DNA from: Candidatus Cloacimonadales bacterium
Lineage (GTDB): Bacteria > Cloacimonadota > Cloacimonadia > Cloacimonadales > JAFGVF01
Length of the DNA: 64,000 nucleotides
Direction: 5' to 3'
Assembly: GCA_963667035.1 (NCBI GenBank)
Contig: OY762964.1
Span: forward strand, 1,472,001 to 1,536,000
Part shown: positions 38,459 to 48,823 of the stretch, piece after piece
Numbering within the stretch: position 1 is the first letter of the stretch
Layout: each line of letters starts with the position of its first letter
Program-made: the position numbers and the translations under genes
Notes under the pieces: model-generated
The model's input: only the letters and a program-made list of their open reading frames with translations
What the model was told of the DNA's origin: nothing
The model's database searches: none

Positions 38459-39772
38459 CTATGCTAGTTCGTTTTCTTTAAGAAGATCGCTATAAAGAGG
38501 GAATTTTGCAGTAAACTGTCTAACTTCCTCTTTGATAGAAGCAAGAACTTCATCGTTATCATAGTTATCAAATACAGCTTTGATGAACTTAGCAATCTGA
38601 ACCATTTCAGCTTCTTTCATTCCACGAGTTGTTACAGCAGGAGTACCGATTCTAACTCCGGAAGCGACAAAAGGTGAACGTGTATCATAAGGAACTGTGT
38701 TCTTATTAGCTGTTATACCGGCTTTATCAAGAGCTCCTTCCATCTTCTTACCTGAGGGACCGCCATCAGCTTCAGGACCTAAGTCAATAAGCATAAGATG
38801 ATTGTCGGTTCCATTTGATACAAGTCTGAATCCTTGCTTTTGAAGTTCTTCTGCAAGAACTTTAGCATTAGCAACAACTTGCTTCTGATAAGCTTTGAAC
38901 TCTTCAGAAAGAGCTTCTTTGAAAGCAACGGCTTTAGCAGCAATAACATGCTCTAACGGACCGCCTTGGAGTCCCGGGAATACATTAGCGTCAACAGCAG
39001 CGGCATGCTCTTCTTTACAAAGGATAAGACCGGCTCTTGGACCACGAAGGGTTTTATGTGTGGTTGTAGTTACGATATCTGCATAAGGGACAGGATTAGC
39101 ATGTTCGCCTGTAGCAACTAAACCGGCTATATGAGCCATATCTACCATGAAATATGCTCCTACTTCATCGGCAATCTCACGGAACTTGGCAAAATCAATA
39201 CTTCTTGGATAAGCACTTGCACCTGTAAGAATAAGTTTAGGTTTGCATTCCAAAGCTTTCTGTCTGATTAATTCATAATCAAACTGCTCAGTATCCTTGT
39301 TAACACCGTAAGGTACTATGTTATAAAGCATACCTGAGAAACTGAGTGGATGTCCGTGAGTCAAATGACCGCCATGAGACAATTCAAGAGCAAGAACAGT
39401 GTCCCCCGGTTTAATAAGTGCAAAATAAGCACCCATATTAGCTTGAGAACCGGAATGAGGTTGAACATTAGCATGGTCAGCACCAAAAAGCTCTTTAGCT
39501 CTTTCGATAGCAAGCTTTTCCACTTCGTCAACATACTCACAACCACCATAGTAACGACCATAGAGGTTATAGTTTCTTTTACCTGTCTTCTTACTTACTC
39601 TGTAAGGATAACCCTCAGCATATTTGTTAGTTAAAACAGAACCTTGAGCCTCAAGTACTGCCTCAGATGTAAAGTTTTCGGAAGCGATAAGCTCTAAGTT
39701 TTCTGTTTGTCTGCGTAACTCTTCACGCATTACGTTGTAAAGTTCCGGATCGAACTGCTTAATGTGACGCAT
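38459..39772 (-). CDS. glyA: Serine hydroxymethyltransferase
   Basis: [35 protein letters not shown]. Start 39772 follows GAGGAG. Confidence 0.97.
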   Translation of the reverse strand: MRHIKQFDPELYNVMREELRRQTENLELIASENFTSEAVLEAQGSVLTNKYAEGYPYRVSKKTGKRNYNLYGRYYGGCEYVDEVEKLAIERAKELFGADHANVQPHSGSQANMGAYFALIKPGDTVLALELSHGGHLTHGHPLSFSGMLYNIVPYGVNKDTEQFDYELIRQKALECKPKLILTGASAYPRSIDFAKFREIADEVGAYFMVDMAHIAGLVATGEHANPVPYADIVTTTTHKTLRGPRAGLILCKEEHAAAVDANVFPGLQGGPLEHVIAAKAVAFKEALSEEFKAYQKQVVANAKVLAEELQKQGFRLVSNGTDNHLMLIDLGPEADGGPSGKKMEGALDKAGITANKNTVPYDTRSPFVASGVRIGTPAVTTRGMKEAEMVQIAKFIKAVFDNYDNDEVLASIKEEVRQFTAKFPLYSDLLKENELA

Positions 39773-40208
39773 GATTACTCTCCTCATATTTACTTATTTT
39801 GTTTAGTCTTCTAATATGTCTGTCCCCTTCAAAAGGAGTGGAAAGCCAGGTCTTAATAATATTTTCAGCTTGCTCCTTAGTAAGGAATCTACCTCCTAAG
39901 GCAAGCATATTAGCATTATTATGCTCTCTTGATAATCTGGCATATTCCGGACAGTGACAAAGGGCACATCTAATGCCCTTAACTTTATTTGCAGCGATAC
40001 TGATGCCAATTCCGGTTCCGCAAACAACGATACCAAAATACGCTTCTCCGGAGGCAACAACTTCACCTGCTTTTATTCCGTAATCACTATAATCAACCGA
40101 AACTTCCGAATCGGTTCCAAGGTCAAGAACTTTATGTTCTTTCAGGAGAGTTTTAATGTACTCTTTGAGTTCAAACCCGCCATGGTCTGATGCTAAGGCA
40201 ATCTTCAT
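39759..40208 (-). CDS. rpiB: Ribose-5-phosphate isomerase B
   Basis: ASDHGG, CGTGIG, REHNNAN, FEGDRH. Confidence 0.95.
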   Translation of the reverse strand: MKIALASDHGGFELKEYIKTLLKEHKVLDLGTDSEVSVDYSDYGIKAGEVVASGEAYFGIVVCGTGIGISIAANKVKGIRCALCHCPEYARLSREHNNANMLALGGRFLTKEQAENIIKTWLSTPFEGDRHIRRLNKISKYEESNHASH

Positions 40209-40210
40209 CT

Positions 40211-40441
40211 CTATTCTTCCTTATCTTTTTTATTACTATTGCGTCTGTTTATCTCGACTCTAGGATTAAATAAAGCCATTAACAATCCATATAATAAAGC
40301 TGAAATAACTATCTGTAGGACACTTCTCCATATCTCACCTGTTCTGAAATAAGGGAATATAAGCATTATTAAAGCATAGATAACCGCAAACATGCTACTG
40401 AATCTTACAAATCTTTTCAGGAAAGTGTCTTTCTTAGACAA
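40211..40441 (-). CDS. Small two-TM hypothetical protein
   Basis: Fits tightly between ptb and rpiB; two hydrophobic segments; TTG start. Confidence 0.6.
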   Translation of the reverse strand: MSKKDTFLKRFVRFSSMFAVIYALIMLIFPYFRTGEIWRSVLQIVISALLYGLLMALFNPRVEINRRNSNKKDKEE

Positions 40442-41359
40442 TTAATTCTCCTCTGCCATTAAGCATGAAAGAGCTATACAATAGAATTTTGAAGCCGGGC
40501 TCTCACTCCTGGACATAACAACTACCGGTTTGATTGTACCTTGAATCAATCCCGCTAACTCTCCGCCGCCAAAAAGCATTACACCTTTATAGAATATATT
40601 TGAAGCTTCAATTGACGGGAATATCAGTACATCCGCTTCACCATTTACAGGTGTAGGTACACCTTTAATCTTAACACTCTCAGGATCACAAGCTAGAAAC
40701 ATATCAATAGGACCATCAATGGTACAATCAGGCAATTGCCCTCTATTTACCATTTTGCACATAACTGCATAGTCTTGATGGCTTGGGAAATGGGGACTGG
40801 CTTTCTCTGCAGCACTAAGCAATGCTACTTTTGGTTTATCGATACCAAACTTACGTGCCATTGTAACAGAGTATTTAAGCATTGCAATTTTCTGATTCAA
40901 ATCAGGGAATGGAATAACGGCAGTATCAGTAAGGAAGAGAAGTTTATCATACTTAGGGATTTCTACTGCACAAACATAACTCATTACCGCTTTGGGAGGA
41001 AGTAATCCCTCTTTCTTATTCAATACGGCTTTCAGGAATTTATCGGTTCCAATCAAACCTTTCATTAAAACATCAGCTTCACCGTTTCTAACCATTCTTA
41101 CGGCTGTAGACGCACATTCAATCTCATCTTGTATGTCAACAATAGTGAATTGTTTAGAATCTATACCTTCAGCTTCACAAACTGCTTTAATCTTATCAGC
41201 TTTTCCTATCATAACAGCTTCGGCAAAACCTTCTTCTACAGCCTTTGCAATGGCACCTACAGTATTGGGGTCTTCAGCAGATACAACTGCTATACGCTTC
41301 TTTATTCCAAGACTTTTAACGTGTTCAACCATCTCTTGAAGAGTTTTAATTGCTTTCAT
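40442..41359 (-). CDS. ptb: Phosphate butyryl/acetyltransferase
   Basis: ADVLMKG, TDTAVIPFPD, DGP, ADVLIFP, PVVVMSRS. Confidence 0.85.
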   Translation of the reverse strand: MKAIKTLQEMVEHVKSLGIKKRIAVVSAEDPNTVGAIAKAVEEGFAEAVMIGKADKIKAVCEAEGIDSKQFTIVDIQDEIECASTAVRMVRNGEADVLMKGLIGTDKFLKAVLNKKEGLLPPKAVMSYVCAVEIPKYDKLLFLTDTAVIPFPDLNQKIAMLKYSVTMARKFGIDKPKVALLSAAEKASPHFPSHQDYAVMCKMVNRGQLPDCTIDGPIDMFLACDPESVKIKGVPTPVNGEADVLIFPSIEASNIFYKGVMLFGGGELAGLIQGTIKPVVVMSRSESPASKFYCIALSCLMAEEN

Positions 41360-41606
41360 TATCTATCCTTTAAACATTAATTAGTAAACAAATATTGTTC
41401 TTGTATAACTCAATAAACATCTTTTAGTGGTCAAGCAAAATCGTAAACTAATAATCAGAACCGGATGAATTAACATTCTCTGATTCTTATACACAAATAA
41501 AAAGCATCTTATTGATGTAAAACAACGAGTGATTGAATTTATTTGACACATATCCTCTAGCATCATATATGACAAAAACTATTCAAATCATACTAAGGAG
41601 AATCTT

Positions 41607-43040
41607 ATGATTACTGACGTGAGAGTCAGGTTTGCTCCCAGTCCAACAGGATATTTGCATCTTGGTGGATTACGTGTTGCCCTATACAATTATGCTTTTG
41701 CAAAACAAAATAATGGTAAATTTATACTTAGAATAGAAGATACGGATCAAGCTCGATTAGTTGAAGGAGCTGTAGAAAATTTAGTCAGTTCTCTTGAAGT
41801 AATGGGAATTACTTATGATGAAGGTCCTGAAAAGGGTGGAGAGTACGGTCCCTATTTTCAGTCCCAAAGACTTGACATATACAGAAAATATATTGATGAA
41901 CTAATAGAAAAAGGTCATGCATACTATTGTTTCTGCACTAAAGAGACTTTAGACGAGATGAGAGCTGAAGCTCAAAAAGAAAAGAATTTCTTTAAATATG
42001 ACAGACGTTGTCACAGACTAACTAAAGAAGAAATTCAAGCAAAGTTGGATGCAGGTGAACCTTATGTTGTGCGTTTGAAGATGCCTGATGAAAGAATATT
42101 CACTTTCAACGATTTGGTAAGAGGCGAAGTAAGTATAGATGTTAAGCAAGTTGATGATCAGGTCATACTCAAATCTGACGGTTTCCCAACCTATCATCTA
42201 GCTGCTGTAGTTGATGACCATCTTATGAAGATATCGCATGTATTCAGAGGTGAAGAATGGCTATCAAGTACTCCAAAACACATTTTTCTTTATGAATGTT
42301 TCGGTTGGACACCTCCGCAATGGGTTCATTTACCTCTTATACTTAACAAAGATAAAAGCAAGCTGAGTAAAAGAAAAAATGATGTGGCAGTAGAAACATA
42401 TCTTGAAAAAGGTTACAATAAAGAAGCCCTAATTAACTTCATAGCTCTTCTTGGATGGCATCCTGCTGAAGATAGAGAACTCTTTACTATGGATGAGATT
42501 ATTAAAGAATTCAGTATTGAAAGAGTTAATAAAGCAGGTGCAGTGTTTGATTTAACCAAACTTGAATGGATGAGTAGAATGTATTTCAGAAGCTCTAACC
42601 TTCAATCGGTTGCAGATTACGCAAAAACTCAGTTTGAGAAAGCAGGCATTGATATTTCGGATAATGATAAATATCTCAGAGTTATTGATAAAGCTCGTGA
42701 ATATATAACAACTATAGATCAGATAATTGAGCATTCAGAAATGTATTACAGTTTGGGAGAGTTAGAAGAAAAGGATGCAGAGATGCTTGATAACGAAGAA
42801 TCTCAAACAGTCCTAAAGTTTATGGCTAAAGCTTACGATTCAGAGAATGTTCTCTCCCCAGATGAGCTCAATGATATAACAAAAGAGTCTATAAAAGAAG
42901 TTGGCATCAAAGGAAAGAAATTCTATTTTCCTCTGAGACTGGCTTTGATAGGTAAGGGACACGGACCCGATATGCCTGCTATCTATCATATCCTCGGTAA
43001 AGAGGAGTTCATTAACAGAATAAAGAAAGCAATTAAATAG
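41607..43040 (+). CDS. gltX: Glutamyl-tRNA synthetase
   Basis: RFAPSPTG.LHLGG, RIEDTD, KLSKR. Confidence 0.96.
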   Translation: MITDVRVRFAPSPTGYLHLGGLRVALYNYAFAKQNNGKFILRIEDTDQARLVEGAVENLVSSLEVMGITYDEGPEKGGEYGPYFQSQRLDIYRKYIDELIEKGHAYYCFCTKETLDEMRAEAQKEKNFFKYDRRCHRLTKEEIQAKLDAGEPYVVRLKMPDERIFTFNDLVRGEVSIDVKQVDDQVILKSDGFPTYHLAAVVDDHLMKISHVFRGEEWLSSTPKHIFLYECFGWTPPQWVHLPLILNKDKSKLSKRKNDVAVETYLEKGYNKEALINFIALLGWHPAEDRELFTMDEIIKEFSIERVNKAGAVFDLTKLEWMSRMYFRSSNLQSVADYAKTQFEKAGIDISDNDKYLRVIDKAREYITTIDQIIEHSEMYYSLGELEEKDAEMLDNEESQTVLKFMAKAYDSENVLSPDELNDITKESIKEVGIKGKKFYFPLRLALIGKGHGPDMPAIYHILGKEEFINRIKKAIK

Positions 43041-43051
43041 AGGAGTTTCGT

Positions 43052-43663
43052 ATGAAATATTACAAGAAGATGATTGGTGAAAAAACCTACCTTGCTCCGA
43101 TGAACATGGAAGATATTGAAAAGTATGTAGGTTGGGTAAATGACCTGCATGTAACCTTATTTACTGATCTTACCGACAGCATTATTGAAGAGGAAAAAGA
43201 GAAGCGACTCCTTGAAAAGATGTCAAATGACGTACATACCAAGATAATGGCGATTATCAGTAAAGAAACTAATACTGCAATTGGTTTTATAGCTTTACAT
43301 AGAGTTAATTACATGAACCGTAACGCTGAACTCGGAATTATGATCGGCGACAAAGGACAATGGAATAAAGGTTTTGGAACAGAAGCTATTCAGTTAATGC
43401 TTGATTTCTCTTTCAATGTTCTTAACTTACATAGTATCTATTTGAGAACTCTGTCTTTCAATCAGAGAGGTATGCGTTGCTTTGAGAAATGTGGATTCCA
43501 ACAAGTTGGTAAATCACGTCATGCAAAATACGTGGCCGGAACATATTATGATATGATTCATTACGATATTCTTGCCGAAGAATTTGATAGTGTATACTTC
43601 AAGGATATGGCAGAACAGAGTATGAAAGAAGATAAATCACTTAACAAAATCTCTATCATCTAA
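43052..43663 (+). CDS. GNAT acetyltransferase (RimL-like)
   Basis: AELGIMIG..WNKGFGTEA, N.RG.RCFEKCGF. Confidence 0.85.
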   Translation: MKYYKKMIGEKTYLAPMNMEDIEKYVGWVNDLHVTLFTDLTDSIIEEEKEKRLLEKMSNDVHTKIMAIISKETNTAIGFIALHRVNYMNRNAELGIMIGDKGQWNKGFGTEAIQLMLDFSFNVLNLHSIYLRTLSFNQRGMRCFEKCGFQQVGKSRHAKYVAGTYYDMIHYDILAEEFDSVYFKDMAEQSMKEDKSLNKISII

Positions 43664-43681
43664 GAGAAATTGTAATATATT

Positions 43682-43703
43682 GGGGGCTTATGCCCCCGTT
43701 TTT
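43682..43703 (+). terminator. Probable intrinsic terminator
   Basis: GGGGGC-TTAT-GCCCCC followed by GTTTTT. Confidence 0.6.
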
Positions 43704-43707
43704 CAAT

Positions 43708-44817
43708 ATGTTCAAAAAAATACACGGTCAAGAAAAAGCAATTGAATTATTAGAAAGAGCAATTACTTCCAATAGAGTTGCTCAGGCTTATCTATTCTCA
43801 GGTCCAAAAGGTGTTGGTAAATTTACAACGGCACTATACTTCGGTATGGCACTAAACTGCTTAAATGAAGTTAAAAGAAGACCTTGCGGAGAGTGTGCTT
43901 CTTGTCATAAGTTCCTACATTTTAATCATCTCGATTTCCTTTACCTCTTCCCTACTCCTAATATGGATTTTAATGAAGATGGGTCTTTTGGAAACAACAA
44001 GTTCATCAAAGAGTATGAAGAGTTTATTGAGAACAAAAAGAATAGTCCTTGGAAGGAATTTTTCTTCTCTGTTAACAGTGAGATAAGAAGAGATGCAATA
44101 AAAGTTGTTCAGTACAAAATGAGTATGGCAAACCACGAAGCAAGATACAGAATTTGCATTATTGAAGATGCCGATATGATGAACAATAACACAGCTAATG
44201 CCTTTCTTAAGACACTGGAAGAACCGCCTGATAATACTGTCATTATACTCACTACCACTCAACCTGAAAGACTATTGCCTACAATCATATCAAGATGCCA
44301 ACAGATTAAATTTAATCCCATTAGAAGAAATGTCATACAGGAGTATCTTCAGAAAGAGTTCGGAGCAACACACAATATAGCATCTTCCGTAGCTAAACTT
44401 GTTAACGGAAATCTGGAACTGGCAATTAATCTACTTGAAAACAGTGATTCCGAGGCTCGTGATTTTGCATGGAAGCTTGTAACATGTTGTGCAACAAAAG
44501 ATGATTTAGCCTTTCTTCATATTGTTAATGAATTCAGAGCAGGTAGAAGTCCAAAATTTATTGTCGAATTTATATCTAATGTTTCGATATTACTTAATGA
44601 CGTAATTATGCTTAGAAATCACCCTACCGAGATAGTAATGCCTGCAAACATTGAGCTATATAAGTTGTATTATAAACAGAACCAATATATTGATGAACCT
44701 CTTATTGATTATATCCCCATTCTTGAGAGCATGAGTATATCTGCAAGAGGTAAAGTTAATCCGCAATTGATAGTCTCAGAGATATACAACAGGATATGCG
44801 GTAAGCTTGAAAAATAA
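43708..44817 (+). CDS. holB: DNA polymerase III delta-prime subunit
   Basis: AYLFSGPKGVGK, CGECASC, ANAFLKTLEEPP, LLPTIISRCQ. Start moved to 43708. Confidence 0.9.
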   Translation: MFKKIHGQEKAIELLERAITSNRVAQAYLFSGPKGVGKFTTALYFGMALNCLNEVKRRPCGECASCHKFLHFNHLDFLYLFPTPNMDFNEDGSFGNNKFIKEYEEFIENKKNSPWKEFFFSVNSEIRRDAIKVVQYKMSMANHEARYRICIIEDADMMNNNTANAFLKTLEEPPDNTVIILTTTQPERLLPTIISRCQQIKFNPIRRNVIQEYLQKEFGATHNIASSVAKLVNGNLELAINLLENSDSEARDFAWKLVTCCATKDDLAFLHIVNEFRAGRSPKFIVEFISNVSILLNDVIMLRNHPTEIVMPANIELYKLYYKQNQYIDEPLIDYIPILESMSISARGKVNPQLIVSEIYNRICGKLEK

Positions 44818-45535
44818 CTACAGACTTCCTAAGCATCTTGTCATAGATGAATGGTTACATAAATACAATATTCTTGCTATTTTCGGAGATAATACCATTC
44901 CATATAGAGAGTTTCTACAGAATCCCGGACCTATTAGTTGTGGTGACTACACAATTAATCCTGAGAATCTGGTTAGATGTAAACAAACTCATTCCGATGA
45001 AACATATTTGGTACATAAAAAAGATGCAGGTGCAGGGGTAGTAATCGGTATGCCTGAAATCCCTATCGTCGATGGTTTTATATGTGTAGAAAAAGGTATA
45101 TTCCCATTTGTTGTTTCCGCTGATTGTACACCCATTTTTATAATAGCTCCTGATGTTGAAGTTATTGCTTGTATTCATTCAGGAAGAGTAGGAACAGAAA
45201 GGAACATACTCGGAAAGACGCTTGATGCTATCATTGGCAATTATCACGCTAACCCTGAAAAAATTGAAATTAAAACCGGACCTGCTATTTGTTCTCGTCA
45301 CTACCCGGTTGATAAAAAGACTCATGATACATTTATAAAGAATACGGGTATTAATCAGATGTTTCCTTATCTGGATTTAAGAAGTGTTCAGTTACAAGAA
45401 GCTCTCGAAAAGGGAGTGCTTGAGAAAAAAATCTCTGTGAGCAATATCTGTACTTATGAGGATGAGAAGTATTCATCATACCGTGAAAATGGTACTAGAG
45501 AAAGACAAATCAATTTAATTGGTATATTGGGCTAA
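44807..45535 (+). CDS. pgeF: YfiH/PgeF-family (laccase-like) protein
   Basis: QTHSD, ADCTP, IHSGR, GPAIC, CT..SYR; TTG start. Confidence 0.85.
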   Translation: MKNNYRLPKHLVIDEWLHKYNILAIFGDNTIPYREFLQNPGPISCGDYTINPENLVRCKQTHSDETYLVHKKDAGAGVVIGMPEIPIVDGFICVEKGIFPFVVSADCTPIFIIAPDVEVIACIHSGRVGTERNILGKTLDAIIGNYHANPEKIEIKTGPAICSRHYPVDKKTHDTFIKNTGINQMFPYLDLRSVQLQEALEKGVLEKKISVSNICTYEDEKYSSYRENGTRERQINLIGILG

Positions 45536-46531
45536 ACTGCTCAGTATTTCTTGAGGATTATCAATAGAAATTATATTTGAGTTTTGATACTCAAGTTTTC
45601 CGAATCTGTACTTGGATGGCATAGGAGCTTTATTAATCAATTGATAATTACCTTCCATAAATTCATAAGGTATGTTTAAACCCTTACCATTCCAAACATA
45701 GATCGGTTTATCTAATTCAATGGCATCCCTAACAGTATACAATGTTCCGGAATTTAGGGAAGTCTGAACAACAAACAGAGCATCACTAATAGCACTCTGC
45801 AATCTATCTCTTAGTATTAGCCAAGATCTTTTAACAGGGATTGAAGGAGATAGTTCTGAGAGTAGATATCCCCCACCTTCGAGTATGTCTGAAGCTAATT
45901 GCCTGTTTTCAGCAGGATAGATTTTACTAGTTAAACCGTTCCCAAGAATTGCACCTGTATATGCATTATTGCATAAAGCATTTTTAAAGCAGGAAATACT
46001 ACCATGATGCCCGGCCGAATCACAACCCATTGCTAGTCCGCTATGATTCCATATTGAGTTTTCTGCAAATAGTTGACCCGCTTGAAAAGCAACAGCTCCT
46101 GCATATCTGGCGTCAATCAATCTGCTACCTATTATTGCTACACCTTTGGACATAACAGCTTTGCTAAAGTTACCTTTCCAACTAATAAATAGAGGAGGTA
46201 TGGGAATACTTTGGAAAAAAGCAGGATAATTGATAGACTCATAAGAAGAGTACTCAATTTTATGTTTATCTAATAAACTTAACTCATTATCTGCTATCCT
46301 ATCAAAGTAATTGTCCCTTATGTTAACCATCTCATTGAGTAAAGAGTTTCTTTCTGATTCAGGTATCAAAGATAAACGATCTGAAGAAGTCATATTGAAT
46401 AGATTTATACCAGATTTCACTGATTGCAATATTGTTTGCACATATTCCTTATACTCGTATATAATGTGCATTTTATCACATAACGCTGCAATCAGAGTGA
46501 ACTTCAAATACTCTTTTGGTGTATAAACCAT
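45515..46531 (-). CDS. DprA/SMF-like protein
   Basis: YP..PPLF, AIIGSR, SGLAMGCD, YPAEN, LSE, RDRLQ, SGTLYT. Confidence 0.82.
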   Translation of the reverse strand: MVYTPKEYLKFTLIAALCDKMHIIYEYKEYVQTILQSVKSGINLFNMTSSDRLSLIPESERNSLLNEMVNIRDNYFDRIADNELSLLDKHKIEYSSYESINYPAFFQSIPIPPLFISWKGNFSKAVMSKGVAIIGSRLIDARYAGAVAFQAGQLFAENSIWNHSGLAMGCDSAGHHGSISCFKNALCNNAYTGAILGNGLTSKIYPAENRQLASDILEGGGYLLSELSPSIPVKRSWLILRDRLQSAISDALFVVQTSLNSGTLYTVRDAIELDKPIYVWNGKGLNIPYEFMEGNYQLINKAPMPSKYRFGKLEYQNSNIISIDNPQEILSSLAQYTN

Positions 46532-46599
46532 AACCCTTACATGGCTACTGCCATCTCCTTATACATAATTATCTCCCGAATATGAGTAGATATATCTGT

Positions 46600-47727
46600 T
46601 TAGCTCTCGTTTTTTTCGTACTCCTCAATCAGGATATGGACTGCTTGAGTTGAAGTAATTTTCCCTTCTATCAGTTCTCTTTCTATCGAAGGAAGCATAA
46701 CTTTAGTCTTCGAATTGTTATAAAATGAATTCAACAGATAATCTTCAAGCATGAAGTGCATCCATTCAAGTTGTTGTTTTTGTCTTCTCTTGTTAAAAAC
46801 TCCATTTAAATCAACTGTTTCTTTAAAATCAAGAATACTATTCCAGATTTCATTAACTCCGGTATTCTTGAGAGCCGAGCATGTCCGGGCAGTTGTCTGC
46901 CAACCTTCGGTTGCCGGAGCAATATAATGAAGAACCTGGTTATACTCGGATTTCGCAATTTCTGCTTTATGCTTGTTATCTCCATCAGCCTTGTTAACAA
47001 CAATCATATCTGCTATTTCAATAATACCTTTCTTTATACCTTGCAACTCATCGCCAGCCCCGGCAATTTGAACTACTAAGAAAAAATCAACCATAGATCT
47101 GACTGTTACTTCCGATTGTCCTACGCCGACTGTCTCAATAATAATTACATCAAATCCGGCTGCTTCACATAGCAATATGCTCTCACGAGTCTTTCTGGTA
47201 ACTCCTCCCAAGGCTCCTCCTGAAGGAGAAGGTCTGATAAAGCTATCTTTGGCTCTGGATAATTGTTCCATGCGAGTCTTATCACCTAGTATGCTACCTT
47301 TACTTCTTGTGCTACTTGGATCAATCGCTAATACAGCAACTTTATGCCCCTGTTCGATTAGGTTTAAGCCTAAAGTTTCAATCAGAGTACTTTTACCGGC
47401 TCCGGGAACACCGGTAATTCCTATACGAATTGAGTTTCCGCTTTTTGGTAAGATTCTTTTTACGAGCTCTTGTGCTTGTTTTATATGTTTATCAGAGTTA
47501 CTTTCGATCAGTGTTATCGCCCTGGCAAGTATAATTCTATCTTGATTAACAATACCTTCATAGTATTCTTCTAAAGACAACTGATTTCTTTTAATTGCAT
47601 TCTTAGTCTTTGTCATTGAATGTCTATAAGGAAGCCCTTCGTGATTAGATTTAATTCCGGGCATAACCCTTGTAGTAAATTCTTTTCCTGCTTTATCCGG
47701 TACCCATTCCGGTCTTTTATCTTTCAT
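46600..47727 (-). CDS. meaB: Methylmalonyl-CoA mutase-associated GTPase
   Basis: GITGVPGAGKST, DPSS..GSILGDKTRM, ETVGVGQSE, NKAD. Confidence 0.95.
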   Translation of the reverse strand: MKDKRPEWVPDKAGKEFTTRVMPGIKSNHEGLPYRHSMTKTKNAIKRNQLSLEEYYEGIVNQDRIILARAITLIESNSDKHIKQAQELVKRILPKSGNSIRIGITGVPGAGKSTLIETLGLNLIEQGHKVAVLAIDPSSTRSKGSILGDKTRMEQLSRAKDSFIRPSPSGGALGGVTRKTRESILLCEAAGFDVIIIETVGVGQSEVTVRSMVDFFLVVQIAGAGDELQGIKKGIIEIADMIVVNKADGDNKHKAEIAKSEYNQVLHYIAPATEGWQTTARTCSALKNTGVNEIWNSILDFKETVDLNGVFNKRRQKQQLEWMHFMLEDYLLNSFYNNSKTKVMLPSIERELIEGKITSTQAVHILIEEYEKNES

Positions 47728-48043
47728 TACAAATCCTTGTTTAATATTAGTTATATAGTTATCAACGACTATCTATTCTGACAAGCAAATTCTTAAAGAT
47801 ATTTATACATGGAAGTTATTTTATAAAGCTATGCTTTATATCTGCCAGTCCTTTCCTCAAGAGTTGAGGACAAATAAAAAATGAATATTGAACCATAGTG
47901 TTTTGAGTTTTCTATATTGCTTTAAAACATCAATATGATAATGTGTTAAATGCCAGTTTAACTATCATTACGTTATGTGGATAAATTGCTTTACAAAAAA
48001 ACAATAAGCAAATTTCTTTCAAAAAAATTAGCGGAAGGTTGAA

Positions 48044-48823
48044 ATGAGAAATATTTTAGTGGCAGGTAATTGGAAAATGAACAAAACTCCACAGGAAGCT
48101 GTAGAGTTTCTAAGTAGTTTAAGTAATTTTTGTAATGAAAACAACCATCCAGAAGTTGATGTAATGATAGCACCAACTTATCTAGCTCTAACCGATTCAA
48201 AGAAAGCGGTTAAAGGTACGAATGTAAACATAAGTGCCCAAGATGTTAGTATGAACATAAATGGAGCCTTTACAGGTGAAGTATCTGCAACTATGCTAAA
48301 GTCCGTATCAATTGATATGTGTATTATCGGTCATTCAGAAAGAAGAATATATCATGGCGAAACCGATGCAAAGATCAATAGGAAATTACATACATTGTTG
48401 ATGAATGGTATAAAACCAATTGTTTGTATCGGAGAAACACTCGAGCAAAGACAAGCTGAAGAGACAATGGAAATTGTTATAGGTCAGCTAGATGAAAGTT
48501 TAAGTGAGTTAGAGCTTTCAACAGGCGAAGAGATTGTGATTGCCTATGAACCCGTGTGGGCCATTGGTACAGGTGTTACTGCTACCCCCGAACAGGCAGA
48601 AGAGGTGCATGCTTTGATTAGAAGAAGACTATCGAAAAGGTTTTCACCGATTATAGCAGAAAAAATCATTATACTTTACGGTGGTAGCATGAAACCTTCT
48701 AATATGCAAGAATTACTAGCTTGCCCTAATATTGACGGTGGTCTAATCGGTGGAGCATCTTTAAACATTGATAGTTTCACTGAAATGATAAGAATTGCTA
48801 TTGATAAAAAAGAGGAGAATTGA
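48044..48823 (+). CDS. tpiA: Triosephosphate isomerase
   Basis: AGNWKMN, GHSERR, AYEPVWAIGTG. Confidence 0.97.
   Translation: MRNILVAGNWKMNKTPQEAVEFLSSLSNFCNENNHPEVDVMIAPTYLALTDSKKAVKGTNVNISAQDVSMNINGAFTGEVSATMLKSVSIDMCIIGHSERRIYHGETDAKINRKLHTLLMNGIKPIVCIGETLEQRQAEETMEIVIGQLDESLSELELSTGEEIVIAYEPVWAIGTGVTATPEQAEEVHALIRRRLSKRFSPIIAEKIIILYGGSMKPSNMQELLACPNIDGGLIGGASLNIDSFTEMIRIAIDKKEEN

Noticed and set aside
46535..46565. Fluoride riboswitch-like GGAGATGG upstream of dprA
   Set aside because: The pairing strand and downstream GCTGATGAC motif are missing, and the gene context does not fit.
47976..47984. Perfect DnaA box (TGTGGATAA) upstream of tpiA as a sign of oriC
   Set aside because: Only one clear box and no dnaA/dnaN context; could be chance or a local regulatory site.
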